Source: Candidatus Hydrogenedentota bacterium (GTDB lineage: Bacteria > Hydrogenedentota > Hydrogenedentia > Hydrogenedentales > SLHB01). From it: a stretch of 64,000 nt of DNA. Position numbers and translations under genes: made by a program. The stretch covers positions 5,628-69,627 of the forward strand of contig JBPOJD010000008.1 in assembly GCA_052033955.1 (NCBI GenBank), in the 5' to 3' direction. The notes beneath the pieces were generated by a model. That model saw nothing but the letters and a program-made list of their open reading frames with translations. It was not told where the DNA came from and made no database searches. Below are positions 50,501-61,604 of the stretch, piece after piece (position 1 is the first letter of the stretch; every line of letters begins with the position of its first letter).

Positions 50501-51898
50501 TCATTCTACCGTACGCAATCCGCTCAGATTAACCCTGGTGCCCGCGCCGACTTCGCTCTCGATTTCCAGCCGCCAGCCGTGCGCGCGCACAATCTCCTCG
50601 ACCATCGCAAGGCCGAGGCCCGTCCCGCCCTCAAAGCGGCTGAAATAGGGATCCGCCACCCGCGCAAGGTCATCGGGTGCGATGCCTGCGCCATCGTCGC
50701 TTACGCTTACGGTCACCTGCCCGCCTTGCCCGGAGACCCGCAGCACGATCTGCGCACGCGGCGCGGCGCGCAGGGCGTTGATCATCAGATTCAGCAGGGC
50801 GCGCCGCAACAGCGATGCATCCGCCCATACGACGGCATCCGGGCCCTTGATGTAGAGCGTGACGCCTGCCTGTTCGGCCTCCGCGGACACGACCTCCGTC
50901 AGGCCGGACAGCAGCGCGTGCAGGCCCACCGGCGCGAGTTCGGGCGTCACTGGGCGCGAAAGTTCGAGAAAGGCGTTGACCTGCCCGACGGTGCGATCCG
51001 ATTCGTCGACGATCCGGTACGCCAGACGCTGAAGCGGGGGGGCGGCTTCCGAGCCCTCCGCGATGGTCAGGGCCATGCCGCGGATCACGCTGAGGGGATT
51101 CTTGGTCTCATGCGCCAGGCCGGCCCCGACCTGGGCCAGCCGTTCCAGTTGCCGGCTGCGCTCGCGTTCGATCAGCAGGGCCGCCGATAGCCGCCGGTGG
51201 CGAAGCAGCATCAGCGCCAGCCCCGCACACAGCGCCAGCACCAGTGTTGCCGAGAGCGCCTGAATCCAGAATCGCCGCCACACCTGCTGTATTTCGACCT
51301 TCATTTCCGTGGCGTCGAGTACCACGGTCAAGGAAAATTCGCTGCGTTCCTCCGGTCCGATCAGCGGCGCGCCGGGACCGCCGCGCTGCCGCGTTCCACG
51401 TCCGGGCACGGTCGGCAGGAGAAACCGGGCGCTTACGGTCAGCTCGGAGGCTCCCTGGGTTGCCGGGTTCACCTCCACAATGATATGGCCGTCGGCATCA
51501 GCGAGTGCCACGGCAACAATGTCCGGGGTCTGGGCGAGTTCTTCAAGCACGACCTGAAGGCGCTCGACCCGGTAGAGCCCCAGCCGGCCTTGTGCGCGGA
51601 GCCCTGCGGCCAGCGCCTGTAGCAGCGTGTGTCCTTGCGCCTGGGCCACGGCCTCTATGGAAGATTGTTCCTGGATGGCCTGCCGGCGCAACGACGCCGC
51701 GGCGGCCGCCGCCAGCAGCACCGTCACGGCAACAATGATCGGTGCCGCCGAGCGGTATCCAGCCGGCATGCGGCGGCGGTCATCGCTGACATTGGATTGG
51801 CTGTTCTTCAGTTGCATCGTCCTCGACCCAGCGGCACACGCCACAACCGTCACGGCAACGACGAGGGCTGCTACGCCATGATACATGCAAACAGCCAT
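50501..51898 (-). CDS. Sensor histidine kinase (two TM, periplasmic domain, HisKA + HATPase_c)
   Basis: H-box LAHETKNPL, N/G1/G2 boxes (LLNLMINAL; DDGAGI; GGTGLGLAMV). Start uncertain (51898-51976). Confidence 0.85.
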   Translation of the reverse strand: MAVCMYHGVAALVVAVTVVACAAGSRTMQLKNSQSNVSDDRRRMPAGYRSAAPIIVAVTVLLAAAAAASLRRQAIQEQSSIEAVAQAQGHTLLQALAAGLRAQGRLGLYRVERLQVVLEELAQTPDIVAVALADADGHIIVEVNPATQGASELTVSARFLLPTVPGRGTRQRGGPGAPLIGPEERSEFSLTVVLDATEMKVEIQQVWRRFWIQALSATLVLALCAGLALMLLRHRRLSAALLIERERSRQLERLAQVGAGLAHETKNPLSVIRGMALTIAEGSEAAPPLQRLAYRIVDESDRTVGQVNAFLELSRPVTPELAPVGLHALLSGLTEVVSAEAEQAGVTLYIKGPDAVVWADASLLRRALLNLMINALRAAPRAQIVLRVSGQGGQVTVSVSDDGAGIAPDDLARVADPYFSRFEGGTGLGLAMVEEIVRAHGWRLEIESEVGAGTRVNLSGLRTVE

Positions 51899-52055
51899 AC
51901 TGCCGAGGTGTTTTTTGGGGCAACAATCGCAGTGGTGGTGCGCGTCCTGTAAGGGAGCAAGGTGCGTGCCAGCCAAAAGGCCCGAATGTGCACTCGCGGC
52001 CCTGCAAAAGGATCACATCGGGGCGCGCACTGTGCAAGAATTGCGCAGTACGGCC

Positions 52056-53567
52056 CTACTCGAGGTTCCGGCCCCGGCGCAGTTCATCCCAGCGTTCGGC
52101 CCACCACCGGCACGACTGGCCGGATGCCTGGACATCCATCAGGATCGCGTTGACGGTCGCCTGGTCAATCCCAAGGATCTCCATGCACGACCGGATATCG
52201 GCATAGATTGGGTCGTTCTCGCCGGGCATGGCGTTGTCGCTGCGGGCCAGGGCCGAGGCCAGTCCGACCGCCGCCACGGTGTCCTTGTGATCGGGCGCCA
52301 ACCCGGGATCGTGGTGAAAGCGCAGACTCTCGGCAATCTCCGCGGGGAACTCCCAGTGCTGGGCCAGTTCGTAACCCGCCTCGGTATGGGTCAGGCCAAG
52401 ATAGCGCTCCTCGGCGGCCAGAAGCTCACGGCCCTGCAGGTGCGGCGGGACCTCGGTGTAGAGGTTCGGGGCCACCTCGAGCAACGCGACCCGGCCCACA
52501 TCGTGCAGGAGCGCGCCCGTCACCGCGCCGGGAAGGGGGCGGCCCAGGCTGGCTCCGACCAGGCGCGCGGCGGCCGAACACCCCATGGCGTCGGCCCAGA
52601 AACCGCGGTAGTCGAAGCGCCGGTTGCGGTCAAACAGATTGACGATGGCCGCCGACGTAACGATCGCGTAGGTCTCGCGCAGTCCCAGCAACGACACCGC
52701 CAGCTCGATGGTCTTGACCTGTTGCGAGAAGCCGTAGGCGGCCGAGTTGGCCACACTCAGCACCTTCGCCGCGACGGGCGGGTCCATAGCGATCAATTCA
52801 GCGACCTCGGTCACGCAGGTTTCCACGTTGGCCATGGCCTTGCGCACGCGGTATACGGTCTCGGGCAGGGCCGGAAGACCGCGGAGGCGCCGGACAAGCT
52901 GGGCGGCCGAGCGCAGCCGCGCGGCGCTGTGGAGTCCCTCGGTGACGGGTGCTTCGGTGGGCTCACCGGGCTCGCTGGCAGGCGCTTTGGGCGGGTCCAG
53001 CGGGTAGTAACGGTTGATGGCGGCGCGAATGTCCGCCGGGCCGCACAGCAGGGCCTTGATGCGCAGGCCCGTCGCCTCCTGGATCTCGTCGATGGCCCGG
53101 CGGTCGAGCGGAAAGGCCATGGCAAGCGTCAACAAGCGCCCGAGGCGGTCGATGGGAAAGACTTCGTGTTTGAGCGCGAGCGCCTTCGGGATCAGATCGA
53201 TCAGCTCACTGGGCACAACGTAGTGCTGGAGGTCGATGCTGGCGACGCCGGGCTGCCGCGCGAGGAGATTGACGAGCGCATGCGGGTCGAGGTAGCGCAT
53301 CGAGATCAGGATCTCGGCAGTCTTCCCGCCTCGTTCCCGCTGGACCGCGAGCGCCTCAGACAGTTGATTGGGCGTGACCAGCCCCTCGTCGACCAGCAAC
53401 TCGCCGATGCGGGGCCGGTCGAGGGTCGCCGCCGGGGTGACTGGCTTGCGGTCCCTGGAATCCACGTCGAGCGGTGAGCCGCACCGGGGGCAAGCCGCCA
53501 CCGAGCCCTTGGCCCTGGCCGCATCCATCGTCTTGCCGCACCGCGGGCAGGTATCGGTTCCCACCAT
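52056..53567 (-). CDS. Signalling protein: N-terminal zinc ribbon + GspE-N/MshEN-like domain + HDOD domain
   Basis: CPRCG...CPRCG ribbon. IGELLVDEGLVTPNQLSEALAVQRERGGKTAEILISMRYLDPHALVNLLARQ matches the T2SE_Nter/MshEN fold. C-terminal HDOD (KVLSVANSAAYGF...LLHDVGRVALL). Confidence 0.7.
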   Translation of the reverse strand: MVGTDTCPRCGKTMDAARAKGSVAACPRCGSPLDVDSRDRKPVTPAATLDRPRIGELLVDEGLVTPNQLSEALAVQRERGGKTAEILISMRYLDPHALVNLLARQPGVASIDLQHYVVPSELIDLIPKALALKHEVFPIDRLGRLLTLAMAFPLDRRAIDEIQEATGLRIKALLCGPADIRAAINRYYPLDPPKAPASEPGEPTEAPVTEGLHSAARLRSAAQLVRRLRGLPALPETVYRVRKAMANVETCVTEVAELIAMDPPVAAKVLSVANSAAYGFSQQVKTIELAVSLLGLRETYAIVTSAAIVNLFDRNRRFDYRGFWADAMGCSAAARLVGASLGRPLPGAVTGALLHDVGRVALLEVAPNLYTEVPPHLQGRELLAAEERYLGLTHTEAGYELAQHWEFPAEIAESLRFHHDPGLAPDHKDTVAAVGLASALARSDNAMPGENDPIYADIRSCMEILGIDQATVNAILMDVQASGQSCRWWAERWDELRRGRNLE

Positions 53568-53599
53568 TGGTCCCTCCGCCGCGGGCCGCGTGCACGCGG

Positions 53600-53782
53600 C
53601 TATGCGGGGTGATGTTCGTCCTTGTTCGGGCAGGTCTCACACTGGACTGGCTTGCCGTCCGGCCCGATGACCGGTTCGCCCCCGCAGGTGCCACGGATGC
53701 ACTTGCCCTGGATCATGAGCCCGACGGCCATCGCCGCCATCGCGAGTCCAACCACCAATATTGCGAGCACAATTGTCCACAT
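53600..53782 (-). CDS. nqrM: Na+-NQR maturation factor NqrM-like small membrane protein
   Basis: 60 aa: one TM (MWTIVLAILVVGLAMAAMAV) then Cys cluster CIRGTCGG...CETCPNKDEHH. Position downstream of apbE at the end of the nqr operon. Confidence 0.6.
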   Translation of the reverse strand: MWTIVLAILVVGLAMAAMAVGLMIQGKCIRGTCGGEPVIGPDGKPVQCETCPNKDEHHPA

Positions 53783-53813
53783 GTGTACGTTCCTGTGCAA
53801 CAAGCGGCCCGGA

Positions 53814-54548
53814 TCAGTCGCCGGGGACCGTCCGCCAGTCGCGTTGGGTTGCCAGGGCGCGCAAGGCATCAAAGTCGTGATAACCCACGACCACGTTCTG
53901 AATAATCCCTTGGCTGTCGATCACGAAAAGGGTCGGAATGGTCCGCACCTGGCCGTAGGGCGGGGGCAGTGCCTGCGCCGAAACGACCGGGTAGCTGACG
54001 GAAAACTGCTCAACAAAGGGCCGCAGCGTTTCGGGCGGTTCATCGGAGATGCCGATAATAGCCAACGCGTCGTCGCCCATCGACTGGTCCAGCGCCACGA
54101 GATGGGGGATGACGGCCCGGCACGGCGGGCACCATGTCGCCCAGATGTCGATCATCACCTTGCGGCCCCGGAGATCGCTCAAGCGCAGGGTCTCGCCGTC
54201 CAGGGTCGTGACCGTGATGTCGGGCGCGGGCTGGCCCACCCACTCGGCGAGGTCGCCGCCCCGGCCGACGTGCGCGGTCATCAGGTGAAATGCAGCGGCG
54301 ATGATCGCGAGCGTCACCACGAAACGATCGAGGAAATCGGCATCCTGGCGCGACGGACGAAGCAGGAACCCGGCGCCCACGACCCACGCAGCCGCCGCGA
54401 GCGCCACCGCCGCAAGCGGCCGCCCGGCGTTCCCGGCAGCGAAGGCGCCAATCACCCCCGCGTAGGCCACCACGCGCACGATATAGAGCACCGGGGGCGC
54501 CAAGGGCGCGCGCAGGCGGGATGGGGGCTCCAGTTCCGGCGAGGTCAT
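53814..54548 (-). CDS. TlpA-like membrane-anchored thiol-disulfide oxidoreductase (thioredoxin fold, WCPPC)
   Basis: Three N-terminal TM helices. Catalytic motif IDIWATWCPPCR. Confidence 0.8.
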   Translation of the reverse strand: MTSPELEPPSRLRAPLAPPVLYIVRVVAYAGVIGAFAAGNAGRPLAAVALAAAAWVVGAGFLLRPSRQDADFLDRFVVTLAIIAAAFHLMTAHVGRGGDLAEWVGQPAPDITVTTLDGETLRLSDLRGRKVMIDIWATWCPPCRAVIPHLVALDQSMGDDALAIIGISDEPPETLRPFVEQFSVSYPVVSAQALPPPYGQVRTIPTLFVIDSQGIIQNVVVGYHDFDALRALATQRDWRTVPGD

Positions 54549-54560
54549 GGCTCAGTCTCC

Positions 54561-55637
54561 CTAAGTCGAAGGTGCGCCGGGAAAGGCCGTCGTGACCCGT
54601 TCCTCGAAGGCGTCGCCGCCCGCATGCAGGATAAACAGTACCGGCAGTCCCAGACGCTCGGCAGTAGCCCGGCCTTCCTCGGGTCCCAAGACCATGAAGG
54701 CCGTCGCGTAGGCATCGGCCATGGCGCACTGCCCGTGCAGCACGGTCACGGAGGCCAGACTATGGGTGACCGGGCGTGCGGTGCGCGGGTCGATCGTGTG
54801 CGCGTAGTGCATCCCGTCCTCGTCGCGGAAATTCCGGTAGTCGCCCGAGGTGGCCATGGCGAGGCCGCTGAGCGGCACGGTCCGCCGCACGGAGCGGCCA
54901 CCGGCCGTGGGCTGTTCGATCCCGATGCGCCACGGCACGCCGTCCCGGTTGTGACCCGCCGTGCGCACCTCGCCGCCGATCTCGACCATGTAGTGGGTAT
55001 ACCCGAGATTCTCGAGTGCCAGCGCGACGCGGTCAACGCCATAGCCCTTGGCGATGGCGGACAGGTCGATCCGCATGCCCGGTGCAAGCTTGGTGACCGT
55101 GTGGGCTGCGTCGTCGAGGTGCAGTTTGTCGAAGCCGATGGAGTTGCGAAGGGCGTCCAGCGCCTCCTCGGCGGGCGGCAGCTCGGCGGGCGGCTGCGGG
55201 CCGAAACCCCAGGCGTCCACGGCGGGCGCAACGGTCACGTCAAACGCGCCGCCGGTCTCCTCGCTCACCTGCCGGGCCATCTGCAGCACATCATACAGCT
55301 CCGGCGAGACGCCGAAGGGAACATTTTCTGCCGCGCGGTTGAGCCGCGAGATCTCCGAGTCCTCGATGTACGTGGACATGGCGTCGTTGGTCTGACGCAG
55401 TTCCCCGGCGACGCGGGCCTCGATTTCCGCGGCCCGGTTGGTCTTGTCCTGCGAGGAGTCCGCCTGCACCCACGCCACCTTGACCGTATACGTCGTGCCC
55501 ATGGTCTCGCCATGGGTCTCGTAGAACCAGGGACGGCGGTCACATCCCGCCACACAGACGAGAATTGCCGCCAGGGCCGCCGTGGCGACCCTCCGCGGCC
55601 GCACGGGCATCGTGGACGGTCTTGTCCCGCGCATCAA
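54561..55637 (-). CDS. apbE: FAD:protein FMN transferase (flavin transferase ApbE lipoprotein)
   Basis: Lipobox VAGCD. ApbE family conserved segments ([13 protein letters not shown]; [13 protein letters not shown]). Follows nqrF. Confidence 0.88.
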   Translation of the reverse strand: MMRGTRPSTMPVRPRRVATAALAAILVCVAGCDRRPWFYETHGETMGTTYTVKVAWVQADSSQDKTNRAAEIEARVAGELRQTNDAMSTYIEDSEISRLNRAAENVPFGVSPELYDVLQMARQVSEETGGAFDVTVAPAVDAWGFGPQPPAELPPAEEALDALRNSIGFDKLHLDDAAHTVTKLAPGMRIDLSAIAKGYGVDRVALALENLGYTHYMVEIGGEVRTAGHNRDGVPWRIGIEQPTAGGRSVRRTVPLSGLAMATSGDYRNFRDEDGMHYAHTIDPRTARPVTHSLASVTVLHGQCAMADAYATAFMVLGPEEGRATAERLGLPVLFILHAGGDAFEERVTTAFPGAPST

Positions 55638-56863
55638 CTGCCGAAGTCGTCAAAGAGGATGTTCTCATCTTCGACGCCGAGGTTGTGCAGCATCTTGACG
55701 ACGGCCTCAAGCATCATGGGTGGCCCGCAGATGTAGTACTCGATGTCCTCGGGGGCGGGGTGATCCTTGAGGTAGTAATCATAGAGCACCTGATGAATGA
55801 ACCCGACGTAGCCGGTCCAGTTGTCCTCCGGGAGCGGCTCGGAGAGCGCGAGATGCCACGAAAAGTTCTCGTTTTCCTTCGCGAGCTTGTCGAACTCGTC
55901 GACATAGAACGCCTCGCGCAGGCTGCGCGCGCCGTACCAGAACGAGACCTTGCGCTGGGTGTGCAGCCGCTTGAACTGATCGAAGATGTGCGACCGCATC
56001 GGCGCCATGCCCGCGCCGCCGCCGATGAACACCATCTCGGCCTGCGTGTCCTTGGCAAAGAACTCGCCGTAGGGCCCCGAGATCGTCACCTTGTCGCCCG
56101 GCTTGAGGTTGAAGATGTACGAGGACATGATGCCCGGAGGCGTGCCTTCCGGGGCGCGCGGCGGAGGCGTCGCCACGCGCACGTTGAGCATGATGATGCC
56201 CTTCTCGTCCGGATAGTTCGCCATCGAATAGGCGCGTTCTACCGGCTCCTCGTTGACCGCCTTGATCCGCCACAGATTGTATTTGTCCCAGTCCTCGCGG
56301 AAGCGTTGGTCAATCTCCATGGCGTCGTAGGTGAACTGGTAGGGCGGACAGGCAATCTGGATGTAACCGCCCGCGCGGAACGGGACTTCCTCGCCCTCGG
56401 GCAGCTCGAGCACGAGTTCCTTGATGAACGTGGCAACATTGCGGTTCGACCGCACCGTGCACACCCATTTACGAACGTCGAAGACCTCCGCAGGGACCTC
56501 GATCTTCAGATCTTCCTTGACCTTCACTTGGCACGACAGCCGCATGCCCTCGCGTGCTTCGCCGCGCTTGATGAAACCGGTCTCGGTGCTCAGGAGCGCG
56601 CCGCCGCCTTCATGCACCTTGACCTTGCACACACCGCAACTTCCCTTGCCGCCGCACGCCGAAGGAATGAAAATCTTGTTCTCCGCAAGGGTCGCGAGCA
56701 GGGTGCCGCCGGAGGTCACCTGCAGATCGTTTTTGGGATCGTCGTTGATGTGGATCGTGACGCTGCCGCCACTGACCAGTTTGGCGCGGGCCAGGACGAG
56801 TATCACCACGAACGTCATGATCACCACGGTGAACATGCCCACGCCCAATATCACAGTCTGCAT
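55634..56863 (-). CDS. nqrF: Na+-translocating NADH-quinone reductase subunit F
   Basis: N-terminal TM, 2Fe-2S ferredoxin [17 protein letters not shown]-binding RAYSMAN and GGAGMAPM motifs. Confidence 0.95.
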   Translation of the reverse strand: MQTVILGVGMFTVVIMTFVVILVLARAKLVSGGSVTIHINDDPKNDLQVTSGGTLLATLAENKIFIPSACGGKGSCGVCKVKVHEGGGALLSTETGFIKRGEAREGMRLSCQVKVKEDLKIEVPAEVFDVRKWVCTVRSNRNVATFIKELVLELPEGEEVPFRAGGYIQIACPPYQFTYDAMEIDQRFREDWDKYNLWRIKAVNEEPVERAYSMANYPDEKGIIMLNVRVATPPPRAPEGTPPGIMSSYIFNLKPGDKVTISGPYGEFFAKDTQAEMVFIGGGAGMAPMRSHIFDQFKRLHTQRKVSFWYGARSLREAFYVDEFDKLAKENENFSWHLALSEPLPEDNWTGYVGFIHQVLYDYYLKDHPAPEDIEYYICGPPMMLEAVVKMLHNLGVEDENILFDDFGS

Positions 56864-56899
56864 CGTGCTGCTCCCTTTTCTACCGGCGCCGTGCTCGGC

Positions 56900-57511
56900 C
56901 TACAGTTGGATGCCGGAGAATGACATGAATCCGATGGCCATGAGGCCGGCCGTGATGAAGGTGATGCCCAGGCCGCGAAGGCCCGCCGGAACGTTGCTGT
57001 ACGCCATCTTCTCGCGGATGGCCGCGAGCGCAATAATCGCCAGCGCCCAGCCGAGGCCCGAGCCAAAGCCGAACATGATGCTCTCACCAAAGGTGTAGTC
57101 GCGCTCGACCATGAACAGCGACGCGCCCAGGATCGCGCAGTTGACGGTGATCAGCGGCAGGAACACACCCAGGGCCACGTAGAGCTTGGGTACATACTTG
57201 TCCAGGAACATCTCTACGAGCTGGACGGCCGCCGCGATGCTGCCAATATAGGTCAGGAAGCCCAGGAAGGTCAGGTCCACCTCGCCGAGCCCCATCCACC
57301 CCAATGCGCCCGGCCGGAGCAGGTAGTTGAAGATCAGGCAGTTCAGCGGCACGGTCAGGGTCTGCACGAAGACGACGGCTACTCCGAGACCGATGGCCGT
57401 TTCCACCTTCTTCGAGCAGTTCAGAAACGGGCACATGCCCAGGAAGAAGGCCAGCGCCATGTTCTCGACGAAGGTGGCCTTGACGGCGATACTCAGATAG
57501 TGCTCAAGCAT
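56900..57511 (-). CDS. nqrE: Na+-translocating NADH-quinone reductase subunit E
   Basis: Six-TM NqrDE/RnfAE family. Conserved Cys in FLGMCPFL and VNCAILG. Confidence 0.93.
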   Translation of the reverse strand: MLEHYLSIAVKATFVENMALAFFLGMCPFLNCSKKVETAIGLGVAVVFVQTLTVPLNCLIFNYLLRPGALGWMGLGEVDLTFLGFLTYIGSIAAAVQLVEMFLDKYVPKLYVALGVFLPLITVNCAILGASLFMVERDYTFGESIMFGFGSGLGWALAIIALAAIREKMAYSNVPAGLRGLGITFITAGLMAIGFMSFSGIQL

Positions 57512-57514
57512 GGT

Positions 57515-58147
57515 TTAGTCCTCAGCCCCGACCTGTTCGGGCCTCCACGTGCGCAGCGCCCAGATAAACAACCCAATGATGAAGAACGCCGCCGGGGCGA
57601 GCAGCATCAGCCCGTTGGGCTGGTACCAGCCGCCGTCCGTGGCCAGCCACAGCACGGGATACCCGAACAGGGTGCCCGATCCGAACAGCTCGCGCAGGAA
57701 CGCCGTCACCAGCAGCACCACGCTGTACCCCAGACCGTTGCCGATACCGTCCAGGAAGCTGAGCGAGGGGCTGTTCTGCATCGCGAAACCCTCGGCGCGA
57801 CCCAGTACGATGCAGTTGGTGATGATCAGCCCCACAAATACGGACAGTTCCTTGCTGATGTCGTAGAGGAACGCCTTGAGGAACTGGTCCACGACGATCA
57901 CCAGTGACGCGATGATCGTCATCTGGACGATCATGCGGATGCTCGAAGGGATCTGCTTGCGCAACAGGCTGATCGAGAAGCTCGACAGCCCCGTCACCAG
58001 CGTCAGCGCCACGCACATGGTAAGCGCCTTGTCCAGCTTGGTCGTCACCGCCAGCGCGGAACAGATGCCCAGCACCTGCAGGCCGATGGGATTGTTGTCG
58101 AAGATGGGCTCCCGCAGCGCGGCGAGTTCCTTCTTTCCTAGTGCCAT
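57515..58147 (-). CDS. nqrD: Na+-translocating NADH-quinone reductase subunit D
   Basis: NqrDE/RnfAE family. [10 protein letters not shown] and ITNCIVLGR motifs. Confidence 0.93.
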   Translation of the reverse strand: MALGKKELAALREPIFDNNPIGLQVLGICSALAVTTKLDKALTMCVALTLVTGLSSFSISLLRKQIPSSIRMIVQMTIIASLVIVVDQFLKAFLYDISKELSVFVGLIITNCIVLGRAEGFAMQNSPSLSFLDGIGNGLGYSVVLLVTAFLRELFGSGTLFGYPVLWLATDGGWYQPNGLMLLAPAAFFIIGLFIWALRTWRPEQVGAED

Positions 58148-58160
58148 GGTCCGTCCTCGC

Positions 58161-58964
58161 TCAGGTTGGTTGCGTGCGCGGCGTCTCGCCGCGGCCAAAA
58201 CGCTGCAAGTAAGGAAGATATCCCTCGGATCCCAGCCAGAACTCGAGCAGCGACGTCACGCCGCGGCTCGTGATCGTGGCGCCGGACAGCCCGTCCACAC
58301 GGTAGGGATCGTCCTCGGGCGGGCCGGCCGGCCCCTTGGCCACCTGGATGCGCACCGTCCACTGGTCGTCAAAGGCTTGCCGCCCGGGCCAGTAGCCCTT
58401 CCACTTCGGGTTGTCGATCTCGCCGCCAAGGCCCGGCGTCTCCGCGTGCTGATAGAAGGTGATGCCCTGGATCGTCTTTACGTCCCGTTCCAGCGCCAGG
58501 TAGCCGTACAGGGTCGACCACAGACCCTTGCCCTGGACCGGCACCACGACCGCCGAAACCTGATCGGTGTCGTCGACAATTTCGTACACCTGGAGGACGA
58601 GGGGCACGCGCGGCACCTGCGCGGGATTCGCGGGCGCCGCGACGCTCGTGTCCGGCGCCTGCATGGCGGCCTGCATGTCGTAGGTCGCCAGCAACTCGGC
58701 CTCATTCTCGACGTACTCCCCCGAGTCGCGGTGGACCAGACGCGGGCGCACGTGCTTCGTATAGACTTGCCGCACGTGTTCGGCGTTGCTGGTCTCGTCC
58801 TGGCTCGCCAGCCCCGCGACGATCAGGATCTTGGCCTGCTTGTCCAGCACCAGATTCTGCTCCTGCCGGGGCCGCAGGACCACGGCTGAAGCGGATACAA
58901 CGATGCTGCACACCAGGCAGACCACCGCGGCGAATATCAGGGTGTAGAGCGCACTATGCCGCAT
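58161..58964 (-). CDS. nqrC: Na+-translocating NADH-quinone reductase subunit C
   Basis: Single TM. FMN-attachment site GLSGATITS. Confidence 0.93.
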   Translation of the reverse strand: MRHSALYTLIFAAVVCLVCSIVVSASAVVLRPRQEQNLVLDKQAKILIVAGLASQDETSNAEHVRQVYTKHVRPRLVHRDSGEYVENEAELLATYDMQAAMQAPDTSVAAPANPAQVPRVPLVLQVYEIVDDTDQVSAVVVPVQGKGLWSTLYGYLALERDVKTIQGITFYQHAETPGLGGEIDNPKWKGYWPGRQAFDDQWTVRIQVAKGPAGPPEDDPYRVDGLSGATITSRGVTSLLEFWLGSEGYLPYLQRFGRGETPRTQPT

Positions 58965-60180
58965 TGCGTGCCAACCTCCTCTTGATGTTCGCCCGCACGA
59001 CGAAGTGGTCGATGAGCGGCGAGAATACGTTCATAAGCAAAATCGCCAGCATCATTCCCTCAGGGAAGGCCGGGTTCACAACGCGAATGAGGATAACCAG
59101 GACGCCAATGGCGAACCCGTAGACATATCGGCCGGTGTTCGTGTAGGCCGCCGAGACTGGGTCCGTCGCCATGAAGACCGCGCCAAAGGCCCAGCCCCCG
59201 AGGACCATGTGCCACCAGAACGGCACGCCGAACATCGGGTTGGTGCTCGACCCAACGAGATTGAAGACCACCGACATCCCCATCGTGCCGAGCACGACGC
59301 CGAGCATGATGCGCCACGACCCAATGCCGGTGGCAATCAGCACGGCCGCGCCAAACAGGCACGCCAGCACCGAGGTCTCGCCCATGCTTCCAGGGATGAA
59401 CCCGAGGAAGGCCTGCATCCACGTCACGCCCTGCGTCAGCGCAGCCTGTCCCTGCTCGGCGGCGCGCCCGAGGAAGGTCGCGCCAGACCAGGCGTCGATC
59501 TGCGGGTTCTTGAGGGCAGCTACCCACGGCTGGTCGCCCGATATCGCCGCAGGATAGGCAAAGAAGAGAAACGCTCGGCCCGCCAGCGCCGGGTTGAGGA
59601 TGTTCATGCCGACACCGCCGAAGACTTCCTTGCCGATCACCACGCCGAAGGTGATGCCGAGCGCCACCTGCCACAACGGAATCGTGGGCGGAAGAATGAG
59701 CGGGAACAGCGCGCTCGTGACCAGAAAGCCCTCGTTGATATCGTGCTTGCGCACCACGGCGAAGAGCGCTTCCCACATGCCGCCGACCGCGATCGTCGCA
59801 ATGTAGACCGGCACGAAGAACAGCGCGCCATACAGCAGGCAACTCAGGATGTTGCCCGGATCAAAGGCAAATCCGAGCGACGTGAAAATCTGTGTGCGCC
59901 AGCCTTCGAGCGGCTGGTGGCCGTCCTGGATCGCGAGTGCGGCCTGATAGCCCGTGTTGTACATGGCCATGACCATGCACGGCAGCAACGCCACCACCAC
60001 CGTGAACATCAGCCGCTTCAGATCCAGCCCGTCGCGTACATGCGACGCCGTCCGCGTCACGCTTCCCGGCGTGAACAGGAAGGTGTCATGGGCCTCAAAC
60101 AGCGGATACAGCCGCTCAAAGCGCCCGCCCTTCTCAAAGAGCTTGGCGGCGTTTTCGTTCATGCGCCTCAGGATACGCAT
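58954..60180 (-). CDS. nqrB: Na+-translocating NADH-quinone reductase subunit B
   Basis: Polytopic NqrB/RnfD family. FMN-attachment-type motif region. 408 aa. Confidence 0.93.
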   Translation of the reverse strand: MRILRRMNENAAKLFEKGGRFERLYPLFEAHDTFLFTPGSVTRTASHVRDGLDLKRLMFTVVVALLPCMVMAMYNTGYQAALAIQDGHQPLEGWRTQIFTSLGFAFDPGNILSCLLYGALFFVPVYIATIAVGGMWEALFAVVRKHDINEGFLVTSALFPLILPPTIPLWQVALGITFGVVIGKEVFGGVGMNILNPALAGRAFLFFAYPAAISGDQPWVAALKNPQIDAWSGATFLGRAAEQGQAALTQGVTWMQAFLGFIPGSMGETSVLACLFGAAVLIATGIGSWRIMLGVVLGTMGMSVVFNLVGSSTNPMFGVPFWWHMVLGGWAFGAVFMATDPVSAAYTNTGRYVYGFAIGVLVILIRVVNPAFPEGMMLAILLMNVFSPLIDHFVVRANIKRRLARNAA

Positions 60181-61559
60181 CAGCCCTCCCTCTCGATGGT
60201 AGTCAACACGTCGCGCAGATAGACCCCGTAGTCATACTTGGAGGGGCTGACGAACGTGCACAGGGCCACGTCCTCTTCCTCCAGTTCGAGCACGCCCAGC
60301 TGTTCGGCCTTCTCGGCATCGCCCACGACCAGCGACCGCAGCAGGAAGGTCGCCGGGATGTCCATCGGCATGACCCGCTCATACACGCCGATCGGCACCA
60401 TGGCGCGCGGCGATCCGTTCAGCGACGTGCTGAACGCGAATTTCCGGCCGGGGAACAGCCACGACACAAAGGCGCGCGTGGCGGAAAAGCGGTTGAGTCC
60501 CGGCGCCAGCCAGCCCATGAACTCGCGCTCGCGGCCTTCGTGCAGCGCCGACACCTGCTGGGCATAGCGGCCCAGATACCCGTGCACATCGCCCATCGCG
60601 CTGCGGCCCGACAGGACCGACCCGCTGATGATGCGGTGGTCGCCCGGCTCGAGTTCGCCCGCGACGAGTTCGTCGAGCGAGGCCCCAAGGCGCGTGCGCA
60701 GCAGGCGCGGCCGTTTGACCACCGGACCGCCGAGCGCGACCACCCGCGTAACGTCGAGCTGTCCGGTCTGAATCAGGCGTCCAATGGCGATCGCGTCCTG
60801 AAGCCCGAGATGCCAGACCGTCTTCGTGCGGCTGACGGGGTCCAAGGTGTGGATGTGGACGCCCGGCGTGCCCGCTGGATGCGGTCCGCAGAAGTGCTCG
60901 ATGGTTACGCCCGTGTTGGGCCGGACCGTGACGGCGGAATCCGGGGCTTTGCAGAGGAAGACGGGGCCGTCGGTGAGTTTGACCAGCGCCTGCAGCCCGA
61001 TTTGGAAAGGCTGCTCCGCGCCTGCGATGACGGCATCGGCCGACGGTGCAAGGGGGTTGGTATCCATCGCTGTCACGAAAATCGAATGCGGCGTGTCCGC
61101 CGGTTTCGCGACCCGCCCGAAGGGCCGTGCCCGCAGCGCGGTCCACAGTCCGCTCTCGACGAGCAAGGCCTTGATTTGATCGCGGCTGAGGCCGGCCACA
61201 TCGTTGCCGGTGTAGCTCGCGAAGGGCTGGAAATCCTCGCCGGAGGGCTGCCCCGCCCGCTCGCGGTCATTCAACTCGATCACCAGGGACTGCAAGGCCC
61301 GCCGGTCGCCGCGGTTGATTGCCGTCACCCGGCCCGCCCCTGGCGCCGTGAACACCACGCCCGGCGACTTCTTGTCTTCGAAGAGAATCTGGCCGCGCTT
61401 GACCTGCGCGCCTTCCTCGACCTTCATCGTGGGCTTCATGCCGAGGTAATCGTGCGCGATCAGCGCCACCTTCGTCGCCGCCGCCGCGGCATCAATCCGC
61501 TGTTCCGGCTCGCCCTCGATGGGCAGGTTCAATCCCTTGCGAATGATGTGTTCGCCCAT
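60180..61559 (-). CDS. nqrA: Na+-translocating NADH-quinone reductase subunit A
   Basis: 459 aa soluble NqrA family sequence. First gene of the nqrABCDEF block. Confidence 0.93.
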   Translation of the reverse strand: MGEHIIRKGLNLPIEGEPEQRIDAAAAATKVALIAHDYLGMKPTMKVEEGAQVKRGQILFEDKKSPGVVFTAPGAGRVTAINRGDRRALQSLVIELNDRERAGQPSGEDFQPFASYTGNDVAGLSRDQIKALLVESGLWTALRARPFGRVAKPADTPHSIFVTAMDTNPLAPSADAVIAGAEQPFQIGLQALVKLTDGPVFLCKAPDSAVTVRPNTGVTIEHFCGPHPAGTPGVHIHTLDPVSRTKTVWHLGLQDAIAIGRLIQTGQLDVTRVVALGGPVVKRPRLLRTRLGASLDELVAGELEPGDHRIISGSVLSGRSAMGDVHGYLGRYAQQVSALHEGREREFMGWLAPGLNRFSATRAFVSWLFPGRKFAFSTSLNGSPRAMVPIGVYERVMPMDIPATFLLRSLVVGDAEKAEQLGVLELEEEDVALCTFVSPSKYDYGVYLRDVLTTIEREG

Positions 61560-61587
61560 GAAACCCTGTTCTTTCTTCGGTTAAGGG

Positions 61588-61604
61588 TGTGTCTCCGAGA
61601 CACA
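61588..61604. promoter_or_regulatory. Perfect 8+1+8 palindrome TGTGTCTC-C-GAGACACA, 29-45 nt upstream of nqrA start codon; candidate operator
   Basis: Read directly from the sequence. Lies in the nqrA/ADH divergent intergenic region. Confidence 0.35.

Noticed and set aside
52020-52040. Possible sigma54 -24/-12 element TGTGCAAGAATTGCG near the kinase gene
   Set aside because: -24 GG is not intact (TGTGCA instead of TGGCAC) and spacing is off by one. Not reported as a feature.
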